Positions 25,401 to 37,484 of a DNA stretch of 64,000 bases are shown piece by piece. Every line of letters starts with the position of its first letter. Position 1 is the first letter of the stretch. This DNA is from Lingula anatina. Its lineage: Eukaryota; Animalia; Brachiopoda. A program made the translations under genes and the position numbers. Under the pieces are notes generated by a model that was not told the DNA's origin, ran no database searches, and saw nothing but the letters and a program-made list of their open reading frames with translations. Location: contig CM120647.1 in assembly GCA_051362555.1 (NCBI GenBank), positions 15,042,651-15,106,650 of the forward strand, read 5' to 3'.

Positions 25401-27703
25401 TAAAAAGGTACAAGGTTTTGGTTTATTAATTTATATTTATTAAAACCAGTGTCAGTACTTTGTCTGAAGTTCTAACACAATGTAATGTGCTGAATTGATG
25501 TTTTTTATATTTTAGACAAAAATTTAATTTATTTAAACTATTTGATTTTGGTCTTAGTTATGTATATTTTTAGACAAAAATTTAATTTATTTTAACTATT
25601 TGATTTTGATCTTATTTTTGAAGTCTTTCCCTCAGATCCAGAACAACATTTTTCTCACAACATAAAGCTACTTTCATGAATTATTATTACTTTTGTTTAT
25701 CTCTTTGTGATTATTATTATTATCATTTTGAAATATTTATTTCAAATACAATTTATTGTCATCTTAGGTGGTGAAGACATCCAAGAACAGTCTGAATAAT
25801 CGCTTCCTGCCGTACGATGTCATTGAAACTGAGGCAGTTCTTTCCATTGACGATGACGCCCACCTGCGCCATGATGAAATTGTGTTTGGATTCAGGTACG
25901 GTCACTTGTGAAAGGTACTGGTAGTATGTATTTCTTCTGGCTTTTTTTGTAGCAACCAGTAATCGTGCCTGCTACCTATTGAACAACTGTAACACATGTA
26001 GATATACGTATTCACTGATGAACTTGGCTTGTAAGATAAATATTTAATAATGCAGTAACTGTTACAGTAGTAATCAGGGCTATTGAGGTAACTTGCCAGG
26101 AGGAAGTGATTTCTACAGTCGAACAACTAGAATTTAGGTCACATTTGCCTCCAAACACAAGTGACTTGCTAATGGATCACTTGTAACCCAACGTAGATTA
26201 AATTTGAGAAAGTAACCCCACCTCCTCCTCTATGTGAAGTCCATAGGTTTTAAAAAAACTAATTTTGAAGTGGGGCAAGTAGATTTTTTACCTAGTTCCT
26301 GACAGGACAAGTGGGTGAAATTAGTTGATATCAAGTAATAGCCCAACCTGTTTGTAGCTCTGACTCACTTTGTAATTACCCCTCCCCCCTCTTTTTCTCC
26401 CCAGGGTGTGGCGCGAGGCCAGAGAGAGGGTGGTAGGGTTCCCCGGGAGGTTTCACGCCTGGGACGTGGAGCACACGGGCTGGCATTATAACTCCAATTA
26501 CTCCTGTGAACTCTCCATGGTCCTGACAGGGGCAGCATTCATACACAAGGTAATATAATGGAATAGGGGACTAAGTAGTCTGAAGGTCAAATATGGCAAC
26601 CCATTACAAAGCTTGCTGTCTAATCTGCTAATAGACACTGAATAGATTCCCCATGGGGAAGTATTCAAGTGGGTCGGCCATATTTGACCCTCGGACTAGT
26701 TAATCCCGTATTCTGTATGGCCCCTAATGAGTTTATACCGATCACGTCTCATGATCTGATTAACGTTACAAATTCTGCATGGTTTGGCAGTACGATTGTC
26801 TGTTTAAATTAGAAGTGTTATTTTTCATTGTCATTATTGTCCATATTTGTTAATTTTTTCAAAAAATAATATTTAAAGTAAATAATGTAAGTTATATAAA
26901 ACTATTAGTATTTGTCAAAAGTCTGTGTCATTTATCTTTTCTCAATATAATCTGTATTTCTTTAAAATGTCATTTTATTTATTACTTTATTTCGGTTTTA
27001 CCTGCATTTTAAATAATATTGTTCCTTTACTTTCAGTATTACCTGTATTTGTACAGTTATGTAATGCCACAAGCAATCAGGGATAAAGTAGATGAGTACC
27101 TTAACTGTGAAGATATTGCCATGAATTTTTTGGTCTCCCATATCACCAGACAGCCACCCATTAAGGTATGGTATAATGGTTATTCACATTAGCACCAGCA
27201 AGTTACTTCATTACATGTACCTAGTTGATAACAACAATTTTTCTGGTAAACTCCGGATGTGATCAAATTGTGCAAAAAAAAAAAACATAAATAAATAAAT
27301 AAATATCGGTAGGTTTTACTGGAGTTTATGGTGAAATACGACAAGTTTCTCTCAGTATGTATTTTAAATGATATCTTGCCACCCTCTCGTAATATATGCT
27401 TTGAACACCTCTTGCCGATGTTCCAAGTGTTGTGGCTAGAGGGACACTGTATGATCTCGCACCTAATTTTATTGTGTTTTTATTCGCCATCAGGTGACCT
27501 CGAGGTGGACCTTCCGCTGCCCCGGCTGTCCTCAAGCACTCTCTGTGGACGACTCACATTTCCAGGAGCGCCACAAATGTATCAATTTCTTTGCCAAAGT
27601 CTACGGCTACATGCCTTTGCTGTATACGCAGTTCCGAGTGGACTCTGTCTTGTTCAAGACCAGAATTTCTCATGACAAACAAAAGTGTTTTAGATTCATA
27701 TAA
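22449..27703 (+). CDS. EXTL3: Exostosin-like 3 glycosyltransferase (heparan sulfate GlcNAc transferase), 945 aa; exons 22449-24417, 24834-24935, 25187-25341, 25768-25895, 26405-26549, 27037-27165, 27494-27703
   Basis: Type II TM ([14 protein letters not shown]), coiled coil, GT47 domain ([25 protein letters not shown]), GT64 domain ([41 protein letters not shown]-terminal KCFRFI). All introns GT-AG and phase-consistent; total 2838 nt. Confidence 0.96.
26561..26713. mobile_element. Small MITE in an EXTL3 intron with ~43-bp imperfect TIRs
   Basis: gaataggggactaagtagtctgaaggtcaaatatggcaaccca versus the reverse complement of tgggtcggccatatttgaccctcggactagttaatcccgtattc. Confidence 0.65.
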
Positions 27704-28231
27704 TAATGGACTGTGTACGAATGTTGTGTTATTACCAGTTAGATGATGGTTTCATGTTATTTCTTCACACATTGTCTTGGCTCCATGTTCTGTCAAAAGC
27801 AGGATTAATATGAATATTCATTATCATTATAATGATTATTATTATTATTATTATTTATAGAATCATGATTTTCAGGCGTATTTTGCAATTATCTATTCCA
27901 AAATATGCTAATATACATCCATGTTATTTCAAAGATTCACTGTAAAAATTGTGTTCAGAGTTTTTTCAAACCAACAAAAAGTGTCCTGTATTCATCTGAC
28001 GGGGACGTGTACACAGATTGTCCTTTCGTAAAAAAACAGGGACACAATCACGTGTGGCTCTGATATTTAAGACAGGGACTGGACATTGTTCTAGAGCAGA
28101 AGTTCAGATTATGAACTGTAATTATTTTAATATCAAAAAGAAAGAATTGACTGATTATCCAGCTGTTTAAAACAAATATTAAAATGGAATTATTATCAAG
28201 TTTCGCACTGGAGCTTACGTTTTGAAAGGAA

Positions 28232-28497
28232 GGTATGGTAATGACTCAATCTTTTAAGTGGGCAAAAATTATCAAACTTTCAGTTACATCATTTTAAAAC
28301 CATAAAAATTATATTTTTATATAACATTTGTAGTACTTTTAATGCACAGAATAGAGCTATAAGGTAGTCTGCTTTTCAATTTTGTTGCCACCACTCAGTA
28401 GGATTGCTCTTATTTTAAGAAATTAAGAGTTAAAAAAATACAGTACCTGTAAAATTCACAATTTCCCCAATTGAAAAGATCCAGTCATTACCGTAAC
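28232..28497. mobile_element. MITE with ~38-bp imperfect TIRs downstream of the EXTL3 stop codon
   Basis: ggtatggtaatgactcaatcttttaagtggg ... cccaattgaaaagatccagtcattaccgtaac. Confidence 0.55.
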
Positions 28498-29437
28498 TAA
28501 GATTTAGTCAAGGACTTCTTCAGCTGAACTAGAAACAGGCTATCACGTGAAAATAATCTGCGTGGAATTTCCCCAAAAATATGTTCTTAAAAATTCATTT
28601 TAAATTATTGAAATATGATGACGTGAACATATTTGAATATTTCATGAAAACGCAGTGCGGCGTGTTAAATTTTCAACAAGGTTCATAGTATATTGAAAAC
28701 TGTTTATGTATAGTCGATGCCTACGTTTTAGAATCTTGTGGAGGGTTTTGAATAAATCACAGCTAAACCACCAACAGGATTATACATAGTATGGTTCCCA
28801 TTTTCGTGAACATTTTTCAAAATAACTGTTCACAGACGTTATGTTTTTGTCTATGTTTCACAGTGTTTAATATATGTGGTACTTGAGCTTATTTTTTCAT
28901 CTTCTATATAGCATAGAATGAGGAGGTATGTAATCAAAGTAATTGACAAGAACTGTTCAGTCCAGACATCTGAAACTAAAAAGACAAAGACATCGACACT
29001 TTGTTCTTTTTACTCCAAACAGAATTTCTGCAGTTCAAGACAATTGTAATTTTTGATAACAATAACAATCAACGTTCACTCATTGCGCGCATTTTCCTCT
29101 GGTTTTTATGGAGAACTTGAGATTTTATTTCGTCTGATGAATTTTTTAAAAAAATTAAAAATTACAAAAGTAGTCATAATTTGATAGGGTGCAGTTAAAG
29201 TTTCAGTATGACACTTTGCTGTGTGAAATATATTTTATTATGTTTTGAGGTTCATTGTGAACGGGGGACATTATAAAGCAAATAATAGTACAGAGATAAT
29301 AGTAATGGGCCTTAGCATGACATCAGTTTGACAAGGTGTGCCATATCCAAAACTGTTAACAAAGTACGATCTGTACACAATATTTGAGTTCTAAGATTGA
29401 ATTTGTAACAATTTGTCGTTTTAAGGTGGTGACTTAA

Positions 29438-29774
29438 AGGGATAATAACTCTTCGTTTCGGCCAAAAAATGAATTTTCCTGGAGTAAACAACAGTTTTCC
29501 ATACTTACCAATGGTTAATGAATCCATTTTTACATTCAAAGTTAGTCCCTGTTTTTTTTTCTAAAAAGTTTGGTTTTTTGTTAAAATCTCTTAAGAGATT
29601 TTAACAGAGTATAGCCATCAATGGAGGTCACGTGGTCTAAAGACAAGCTCAGATATCAGAAAAAATAGCTATAACTGCCGTTTTTGTGGTAAAACAAAAT
29701 ATATATATTTCTATGAGCTATTCACAATGTTTTAATTGTGAAATATAGATATCATACGAAGAGTTATTATCCCT
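29438..29774. mobile_element. Kolobok-like MITE with TTAA target-site duplication
   Basis: ttaa|agggataataactcttcgt ... acgaagagttattatccct|ttaa: perfect 19-bp TIR and purine termini (Kolobok-type rather than piggyBac CCC). Confidence 0.8.
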
Positions 29775-30319
29775 TTAAGGATTTCTTTCACAGTGGTAAA
29801 TTTTGAAATCGAAATCTTATCAACATTGTTGGATAGGATATGCCTCGTTGATTCATTGAATATTGTTGAAAGAAGGGCTTATGGTTAACTATATAAAGGC
29901 CCTAACGGGCATGGAATATGTTTTAATATTTGAAGTAATTTATTTTACCTCATTTTGCCTGATCCCAAGTGAGAAAAGGTGAAGATTAAGGAGTAGAAAT
30001 TTAACATTTTGCCAAATCATTAGATAAAAATAAGAGATTAATATTTTTCGGGTTGAGAATTTCAGATCTGCCATATGGGCAACTATACTTGTGCACATCT
30101 TCGTTGCTTTATTCATGTTCATTATTTATACATTAAATAAGGTTTTATAATAAAAATTTATCAGTAGAAGTAATTTCGGTGTATAATTATACTTTTCATT
30201 TTCTTTGAAGTGATTTGGTGAATGAAAGAATAGACTGACGAATGGATGAAAAAGTAAATGTTCACATAATTTAAAAAGAGTTTACACGCGAATAAAGATA
30301 GTTTATCGAAGCACGGAAA

Positions 30320-31626
30320 ATAATTCTGCTGACTTGTCCTCCTCTACATAAGGGGGGATATGTGTCTTCGCCGGCATCAAAGTTATCGGTTGTGACAGGA
30401 AAAGGAGTCCGCCAGGAACCGTAGTCCGTTCCCAAGTGTTTAATTACTGGTGCGATTGCAGTGATGGCAATTTTGAGTAAAACATATTTGGCAAATAATT
30501 CTGCCGAGGAGATAACGTTTAGTTTCACCTTTGACGTTATAGAGCACGGCTGTTCACAGCTGTTCACACCTCGGCGGTTTTAGTATGGGGTAGTCTTTAC
30601 TCTTTCTAATGAGGACTGCGGACTTGCCCCGGGTACTGTATGAACATATGAACAGTCTTCAGAAGCAAGGGCCCAAGATAGGAAAGGAGGGGCATAAAAA
30701 TTCAAAACTTGTGCCTGATCAAAGGAGTAGAGGCGACGCAACTTTTGTAAAAAATCTAAAGTCTTCTCTCTGATAATCCCATCAAAAAGATAGGACATTT
30801 TGACGAAATGCAAAACATACGGAGTTAGCTTTAGCTCAATTTCAGTTCAAGATCTTGGCACCAATATGAGGACTTTTCACTGAAGAGAAAGGAAATATAA
30901 TTGTCGAAGCAGATGTAAACTTTCTGAAGAATACCGCATTTTTATGCAAAAGGTAATTTGCTAATTCCCACGAGAGCTCTCATTCGTTCTCGTCTCGTGG
31001 CATCCCGATTCAGGGGTCAGGTCGTTGTCGTGACGTGCCTCATCCGGGACTCGAACCAGTGACTTTGCGTTACCAAGGTTGATGACGCTTTGGCTGTCTC
31101 ATTTGTATCCATGCACGCTACCGACTGCTCCGTGACAGACCCGCCCACCCTCCGTACGTGCGAGTTTCCTCTTATAGTAATCAATCGCAATTTTTAAAAA
31201 TTAATTATGGCAAAAAAAAGGACACTGTAGTTACTGGAACTCGAACCAGCGTCCGAGTTCCCACCTGTCTGCAAGACAGCAGAGTTACCACTCAGCCACG
31301 ACGGCTTCGTTGACAAGAGAAGATCAGATGGAAACTTTTAACCTTGTCACTGAGAGCACCAGATTGGATGTACGTGTGTAGATCTGCTATCCCAATCGAT
31401 TATCCGGGTGCCGCATTTCATCCCACGAAACCCCAGTCCCAGATATGAACGGTAAAGTTCATGATGCACAGGAAGTCGTGTTTGAGAACCCGACACGGAG
31501 CTCGGAGTTTGTTTTATACTAAGATTTATTTTGGCTTTACCCATGATATTAAAGAGTACAATTAAATGGGATCAGAGGCGGTTCACAACAGCCGTGTTTT
31601 ACTTTTAGCGAGACCCTAAGAGGAGA

Positions 31627-31668
<42 letters not shown>

Positions 31669-32535
31669 CATACAAGTGTTAAATTACTGGTGTGATTGCA
31701 GTGATGGAAATTTTGAGTAAAACATATTTGGCAAATAATTCTGCCGAGGAGATATCGTTTTTCTACCGAACACGGTTAACAGGTGGTATGACGTGCCGTT
31801 ATACGGGAAAAGCTACTGAATCAAAACAAGTTGGATCGCATTTATTGATAGGCCTGCTCTGAACGTTCCTAGTTATAGTAATCAATCGCAATTTTTAAAA
31901 ATTAATTCTGGCAAAGAAGGACACAATAGCTACTGGCACTCGAACCAGCGTCCGAGTTCCCGCCTGTCTGCAAGACAGCAGAGTTACCACTCAACCACCA
32001 CAGCTTCGTTGACAAGAGAAGATCAGATGGAAACTTTTAACCTTGTCACTGAGAGCGCCAGATTGGATGTACGTGTGTAGATCTGCTATCCCAATCGATT
32101 ATCCGGGTGCCCCATTTCATCCCACGAAACCCCAGTCCCAGACATGAACGGTAAAGTTCATAATGCACAGGAAGTCGTGTTTGAGAACCCGACACGGAGC
32201 TCGGAGTTTGTTTTATACTAAGATTTATTTTGGCATACCTATGATATTAAAGAGTACAATGGGATTAGAGGCGGTTCATAACAGGCGTGTTTTACCTTTA
32301 GCTAGAGTCTAACAGGAGAGAATAAAAAAAAAACATTTAAGTGTTTAATTACTGGTGCGATTGCAGTGATGGAAATTTTGAGTAAAACATATTTGGCAAA
32401 TATGCCGAGGAGATATCGTTTTTCTACCGAACACGGTTAACAGGTGGTATGATGTGCTGTTATACGGGAAAAGCTACTGAATCAAAACAAGTTGGATCGC
32501 ATTCATTGATTGGCCTGCTCTGAACGTTCCTAGTT
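30320..32535 (+). mobile_element. Helitron/Helentron-like non-autonomous element with a tandemly duplicated 3' end and tRNA-derived segments
   Basis: Direct duplication ~31172-31872 and ~31873-32535, each ending ...ctgaacgttcCTAGTT; an ~80-bp block is repeated at about 30434, 31675 and 32339; minus-strand A-box/B-box tRNA-like pieces. The left boundary is approximate. Confidence 0.55.
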
Positions 32536-32588
32536 AGATGACTTCAGATGCTTTCATTTTTATTTTGTTTTGCACTGAGATAACGTTT

Positions 32589-33465
32589 CCCAGCGAGCAA
32601 ATTATGTTGTTTTAATGTTGAAATAACCTTGAACCATAACATTGATAAGACGTTGGATAAACGTTGGATTTGAAAGTTGGATTAACGGCAGATAACAACG
32701 TTACATATCAACGTCAGATAACAACATTGTATCAACTCCAGTTGTTAGACAACATTCTTGCATGAAAAGACATTAAAATGAACTGAAATGTTTTTATTTT
32801 TGGTACAAAAAACAGGTACACAATTATAACGTACAGGGGTGGACTATAAAAACATCCAAGTTCCTGCTTTGTCTGATATTTTCAACGCATTTAGCTCCTA
32901 AGCATGGTAACCCTTTTAGCCTGGATGTGTTGAGCAGTAGGACATGTTTCATGGCTAAAATATATGAAGGGTATACATGTATGGCCTTTAAGTTAGGATT
33001 TCCAAGGTTTAGTGTATATATATATAACAAAGTCACAATCACCTAAACCTATCTATCTATAACAGGGTACCGAGAACTATCAATTTTGTTAACATCACTC
33101 CATCACATTTACAGCGAGTTATTCATCCCAGTGTTAGCTGACTTTGTAAGGAAGTTTATTGGAATGCATTTCTGAATAACAAATTAAGAAAATTCACTAG
33201 TTCACTAAAGACACAACCGTTTTTAATATTTTTGTAAAGTTAGTTACAGTATTGATAAACAAAGTATCACGTTTTCAATAATTAATATTTTAAATTACAA
33301 TCCATGTCTTGCATCACGACGACCAAACAACAACGTTGAGTCAACGTCACATTATGGCGGTGTTTTGATGTGTCTGGATCAACGTTGATCTTACGTTGAA
33401 TTTATGTAGATCAACGGCAATTTACCTGTTTTCAACGTTGATCCAACGTCACTATGCCTGCTGGG
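32589..33465. mobile_element. EnSpm/CACTA(CMC)-like non-autonomous element inserted in an older copy of the neighbouring repeat
   Basis: Termini CCCAGCGAGCA ... TGCCTGCTGGG, many subterminal caacgt/acgttg repeats, flanked by ttt on both sides; the joined flanks match the empty site gataacgttt-agtttcacctttgacg near 30510. Confidence 0.7.
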
Positions 33466-34100
33466 TTTGATTTCACCTTTGATGTCAAAGAGCACGGTAA
33501 GATGCACAGCTGTTCACATATGAACAGACTTGAGAAGCAAGGGCCGAATATATTAAAGGAGGGGCATAAAAAGACAAAATGTGTGCCTGTTAAAAGGAGT
33601 AAAGGACTTTTAACTGAAAAGAGATGAAATTTAATTGTCGACACAGATGTAAACTTTCTAAAATTATACCGTATTTTTATGCAAAAGGAAATTTGCTAAG
33701 ACCCGCGAGACACCCCAAATTCGTTAACGTTCTCGTGACGTCCCTATTCAGGGGGCCGATCGTTGTCCTGATGGACTGACGTGCGTCATCCGGGATTCGA
33801 ACTCGTGACTTTGTGCTTACATGATTGATGACCCTTTATATTCCTCATTTGCATCCATGCACGGTACTGACTGCGACGTGACTAAAACGCCCAACCTCTG
33901 TACTTACGAGTTTTCTCTTATAGTAATCAATCGCAATTTTTAAAAATTAATTCTGGCAATAGATTGTCATAAAACCTGCTGGGACTCCGACCAGTGTCTG
34001 CCTGTATCCAAGACAGCTAAGTTACGACGGAGCCACGGCAGCTTCGTTAATGAGATGGAAAATTTCAACCTTTTTCACGGAGAGGGCCAGATTGAGTGTA
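33466..34100 (+). mobile_element. Degenerate second copy of the 30.3-32.5 kb repeat
   Basis: Collinear similarity to about 30520-31380, including both tRNA-like segments. Confidence 0.6.
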
Positions 34101-34479
34101 CATGTTTTTGTCACAGTCTTTATACAGTCCACTTCCTAAGTGGCCCAGATCACATTCCAGTTAGGACCTGGCTCAGATCACATCCTAATGGTGTCTTTGC
34201 ATTGTTCAAAAAAGCTCAACAAAATATTAAAGGGCAGACTTTTGCCTATAATCTGTACAAAACCTAACCTGCATAACATACTAACAAATGACAGCTCGCA
34301 TTTAATTTAATATTTCTTCAGTAAATGTTACTAAATCAATCAACATCTATGTCCAGGTTGGTCGTAAGCTAACGGTATGAAAGTATTTCGGCTTGTGTTT
34401 GATAATTTTCATTTATGATCATTCTGACACTTTAGAGACATAGTTTGCTAGACAAAATGCTCTTCCTATTGCGATCGAG

Positions 34480-35970
34480 TTATTCTACAAAAATCAGCAT
34501 CCATGTTATGTTAGGTATTATGTTGATTCGTCCACGTTCTGTCACCGGTGCGGGAATTGTAGTAATAGGTTTTTCCGCTGCCTGGAAAGAAAGACAGTCT
34601 TATTTCACTAGCTTGGCGTATGCATTCAATGCATTCAAAGTTTCAAACGTTCAAATTTCATAATTTTCTTTTCTATGTTTTATTAGATATTTGTTCCACG
34701 TCGTTGATAGTTTAGGACTATCAGCACTATTTCCGCCTCAAGAAATATTGCACTTTAATCTTCAAACTACGGAAACGAAATAATGTGCGGGATTCGATGG
34801 CGATATGGATATTAAACTCACCAAATATCACTCAAAAGCGGCAAACTTAAAAAAATTGTTCTTAAAAGATAAGAAGCATTAAAAATGTATTTATAATATT
34901 TAAGTTTGAGGCAAACGAATGGAAGTAGACTTACTCGGGTCCACTGCACTTGAGTCAAAAAAGTTCGTGCTTGTACCATCTGTGGTATTTTGTCGTGCAA
35001 ATAATCCTTCCATGTTGGTTCCCTGGAAAATAAACTGTTGGTGAGCGAAAAGTGAACCGACGCATTTTTTAGGTAAGCATATCATTATACGTACTTTTGT
35101 CTGCATTTGACAATGGATTGATTTAAAAAAAAGCAGTTAATTTAGCCCAAAAATTGGTCCAAACCTAAAGACCTTGGCTAAAATATATTTAGTCGACTTT
35201 AAACCATTGTTAAATCTTTCAGTTCACTGAAAGGCTCATTAGACCTTTATAAAGTAGAAATAATGTCTGAACAATAATGTCTTAACAAAAATTAAGTTTC
35301 ACCTTATCACGAGCGTAGCATTCCACAGCCGACAGTTTTGTGTATTGGGAAATTTCTTCGTATTTTTTTTCTTTCAATTCTTTAAAAAGAAAAGAGTTTG
35401 GATTTTCTAAGAAAATTATAGAAACGCCACATAAAGGTCCAGCATTCATCGGATTAAAGTTACCTTAAACGCAGGAGGTAAGACAATCGTGTACTGCTCC
35501 CTGGCGGCACATGTACGGTGCTCACACTTTACTCCGTTGTAGTGCATAGTGGGTAGAAAACATGAACTTCCAGGCTGCGTACACTTGCAAACTTTCTCTT
35601 CCATTTCCGCCCGAGGCGCGTGACTTCTGGCCTCTTCTTCGACAAGCCTGGCGTTTGTAATGTCAGATTTTGGGGGGCTCGATAGCACTCCTCGCATTTC
35701 GAACAGAAGAGGTGAATCCGTCGAGTCTCTTCTCAAATAAATGGAGCTGCCATAGTGACTTCTCGCCTCGATTGATTCTGCCCGTGCGTGATGTCCCCCC
35801 TCTTCTTGGTCTGTGAAACTATGTCGGCTCTGTGTTTGTGACTGCAACTGAATATGTTGCTGCTCATTATTCTGGTTATTTCTTTGGGAGGTTGACGCCC
35901 TCGGATCACCTTGGTCTCTTTGCGAGGTTACTGACCTCTGGTGGTGGTGTTGTCTACTAGCACCTGACAT
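34480..35970 (-). CDS. Uncharacterised protein of ~202 aa or more; exons 35970(or 36015)-35464 and 34581-34480
   Basis: 507-nt open exon ending TTTAAG|GTAACT, joined in phase 0 to acceptor tctttctttccag and AAEKPITTIPAPVTERGRINIIPNITWMLIFVE*. Q/S/H-rich N-terminus and Cys/His-rich C-terminal region. No family recognised. Confidence 0.6.
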
Positions 35971-36214
35971 GACAACCGAAAGGCTTTTTTCTAGACTTCG
36001 ATTTTTCACCTGGCCCTACAGATTAGGGACTGTGCACCGATCTAGTTGACTGCCACAAAATACAAGCAGCAAGATTTACCTGGAAATTATTTGGCTAGTT
36101 TACTAATAATCTTGTTATTTGCTACAAGTATAGTTAAAACTCAAAAGTTTGCATTTATGATAGAACCACATATTTGGTTTACATACATGTAGGCTACCTG
36201 TTGAATGTCTCGTC

Positions 36215-36428
36215 AACTTGTAATAGCTTATGACCCCACTTACTGTTTACTTGTAATAGTTTAAAACCCGCCTTAATTATACTGTTAACTTGTAGTAGCT
36301 TATCTAAAACTCACCTCACTGTTAACTTGTAATAGCTAGTCTAGAACCCGCCTTACTGTTTACTTGTAATAGCTAGTCTACAACTCGCCTTACTGTTTGT
36401 AATAGCTAGTGTAGAACCCGCCTTACTA
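36215..36428. repeat. Degenerate ~35-40-bp tandem repeat (cttactgtttacttgtaatagctagtctagaacccgc), 5-6 copies
   Basis: Seen directly. Confidence 0.75.
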
Positions 36429-37484
36429 CTATTTAGTCTTGTACAGTATTCGCCTATATACATGTATATTGTATCAGTGCAATATGCTTGTATACAGTAT
36501 ATGTGGTTACCGGCACTGAACATTTCTCCTTCAGTTCTCTCCAGCTGTCACACTGAGGTATATAAAGCCGCATTTGTAATAGGCTTGTGTACCTGCATGT
36601 TCCACTTCGCCCAGACTGCGTTTACCGTATGCATGGTTTTGATGAATAGAGACGCAATACAGCCATTGCGAACAAATAACAACAACAATAAGAGACCCAT
36701 ACGCACTGCTTGCATTAATTTGGGAGAAGTGAAAGCACAATGTCCATTGTACTTCCTCCGCTTCTGCCTTTAACAATGCATTCTTGTTCATGTAAACATT
36801 ATGCCGAAGAGATGCAACAGAATACGTCAGCACTGCGTAAAACTGTTTTAACTTTACTAAACAAGTTATAGATTTTTGGCCGCGTGACAGGATAAAAATG
36901 AGCCAGTCTCTCCGCCAGTTGCTTCACATTGCAGGCATGGGTTAATTCATTCTACAGTTAGTAGCTTGCTGTAACTGGTCACATTGATTTCAGATCAATT
37001 TTCATTTCCATTCATAAAATTGACTACTTTCTCCCAAAAAGACATGTAATAGCACATTTCCGAAATCTGCATCTGTTGCATGTAATAATTGAAGGCGACC
37101 AGTAAGGTCTGTTTAAGCGAGCTTCCTGAATATTGAAAATAAATTATGTTAATTATAAATATATATATAATAAATTTTGTAAATTATAATCCAGATAATG
37201 CAGAGGATAAAGAGATAGAAATAATTTTGATAAATACAGATACAGTGTAATACCGAAAGAATGATACTTACAGTATTTTTAAGTGGTTTATAGGTTTTTA
37301 TATTGAGCCCCTATGTAACCGATTAAGGCGACACACTGTATAACTTACGAGAAATAAACTCATTGATCAATAATGTATATGTTATATAAAGTCTAACCTC
37401 AGATTCACATTGAAATTTCATATGAATAGTGCTAGAAAAGGGAGCTTAACCGCCTAGTATTGCAGAGAAGCTCGATGCTGGACA

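Noticed and set aside
31035-31306. Functional tRNA genes
   Set aside because: A and B boxes are present but acceptor stems do not pair and the segments are repeated within a transposon-like element; treated as tRNA-derived.
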